NCBI GenBank assembly: GCA_030390025.1
Contig: CM059431.1
Location: 152,832,001-152,896,000, forward strand
Length of the DNA stretch: 64,000 bases
Direction of reading: 5' to 3'
Source: Squalus acanthias
Taxonomy: Eukaryota
Positions within the stretch are counted from its first letter, which is position 1; each line of letters opens with the position of its first letter. Shown here piece by piece: positions 63,527 to 64,000 of this stretch. A program made the translations under genes and the position numbers. The notes below the pieces were generated by a model, which had not been told where the DNA came from, did no database searches, and was given only the letters and a program-made list of their open reading frames with translations.

Positions 63527-64000
63527 ATAGATACATAGATACATAGAAGATAGGAGCAGGAGTAGGCCATCCGGCCCTTCGAGCCTGCTCCGCCATTTAA
63601 TGAGATCATGGCTGATCCTCCAATTCAGTATCCCGTCCCCGCCTTCTCTCCGTAACCCTTAACCCCTTTTGCCTGTAGAAATATATCTAATTCCCTCTTA
63701 AATATATTTAATGAGCTGGCGTACACTGCCCTCTGTGGCAATGAGTTCCACAGGTTCACCACCCTCTGAGTGAAGAAATTCCCCCTCATTTCTGTCCTAA
63801 ATGGTTTAGCCCTTATCCTTAAATTATGTCCTCTAGTTCTGTTCTCACCCGCCAAGGGAAACATTCCTTCTGCATCTAGTCTGTCTAGACCTGTCAGAAT
63901 TTTATACACTTCTATGAGGTCCCCTCTCAATCTTCTAAACTCCAGTGTGTACATCCCTAAACTACATAGTCTCTCCTCATAAGTCAATCCCGCCATTCCT
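63527..64000 (-). mobile_element. 3' end of another CR1 LINE, running out of the window
   Basis: LEFRRLRGDLIEVYKI...FFTQRVVNLWN; 3' stem-loop and (TATGTATC)n tail, inserted at the ORF1/ORF2 junction of the preceding element. Confidence 0.93.

Noticed and set aside
62692..63609. 305-aa endonuclease ORF with a novel N-terminus
   Set aside because: The first ~28 codons are the 3' tail of the nested CR1, fused in frame by chance

Overview
Eukaryotic, gene-free, heterochromatin-like window, most likely from a cartilaginous fish (inferred from the HER1/HE1-type CR1 LINE tails). Positions 1-44374 are a degenerate 33-bp satellite (consensus TTTAAAAGGGGTCCCTGATGGTGAGACTCCCTC). It is interrupted by an apparently intact two-gene Harbinger transposon, a Harbinger-type MITE, a full-length CR1 LINE with an intact ORF2, three CR1 fragments and several foamy-virus-like LTR insertions. 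From 44375 onward there is a nested cascade. A decayed foamy-like (spuma-type) provirus (1.4-kb LTR, tRNA-Lys PBS, gag, pol with YVDD) is interrupted by a CR1. That CR1 carries a ~7.2-kb Tx1 LINE in its 5'UTR, and its ORF2 is interrupted by two further nested minus-strand CR1s. The most notable signal is the foamy-like family: four separate relics sit inside the satellite, and the family appears to carry a ~108-codon ORF instead of env. All calls come from reading motifs by eye, and no searches were run.
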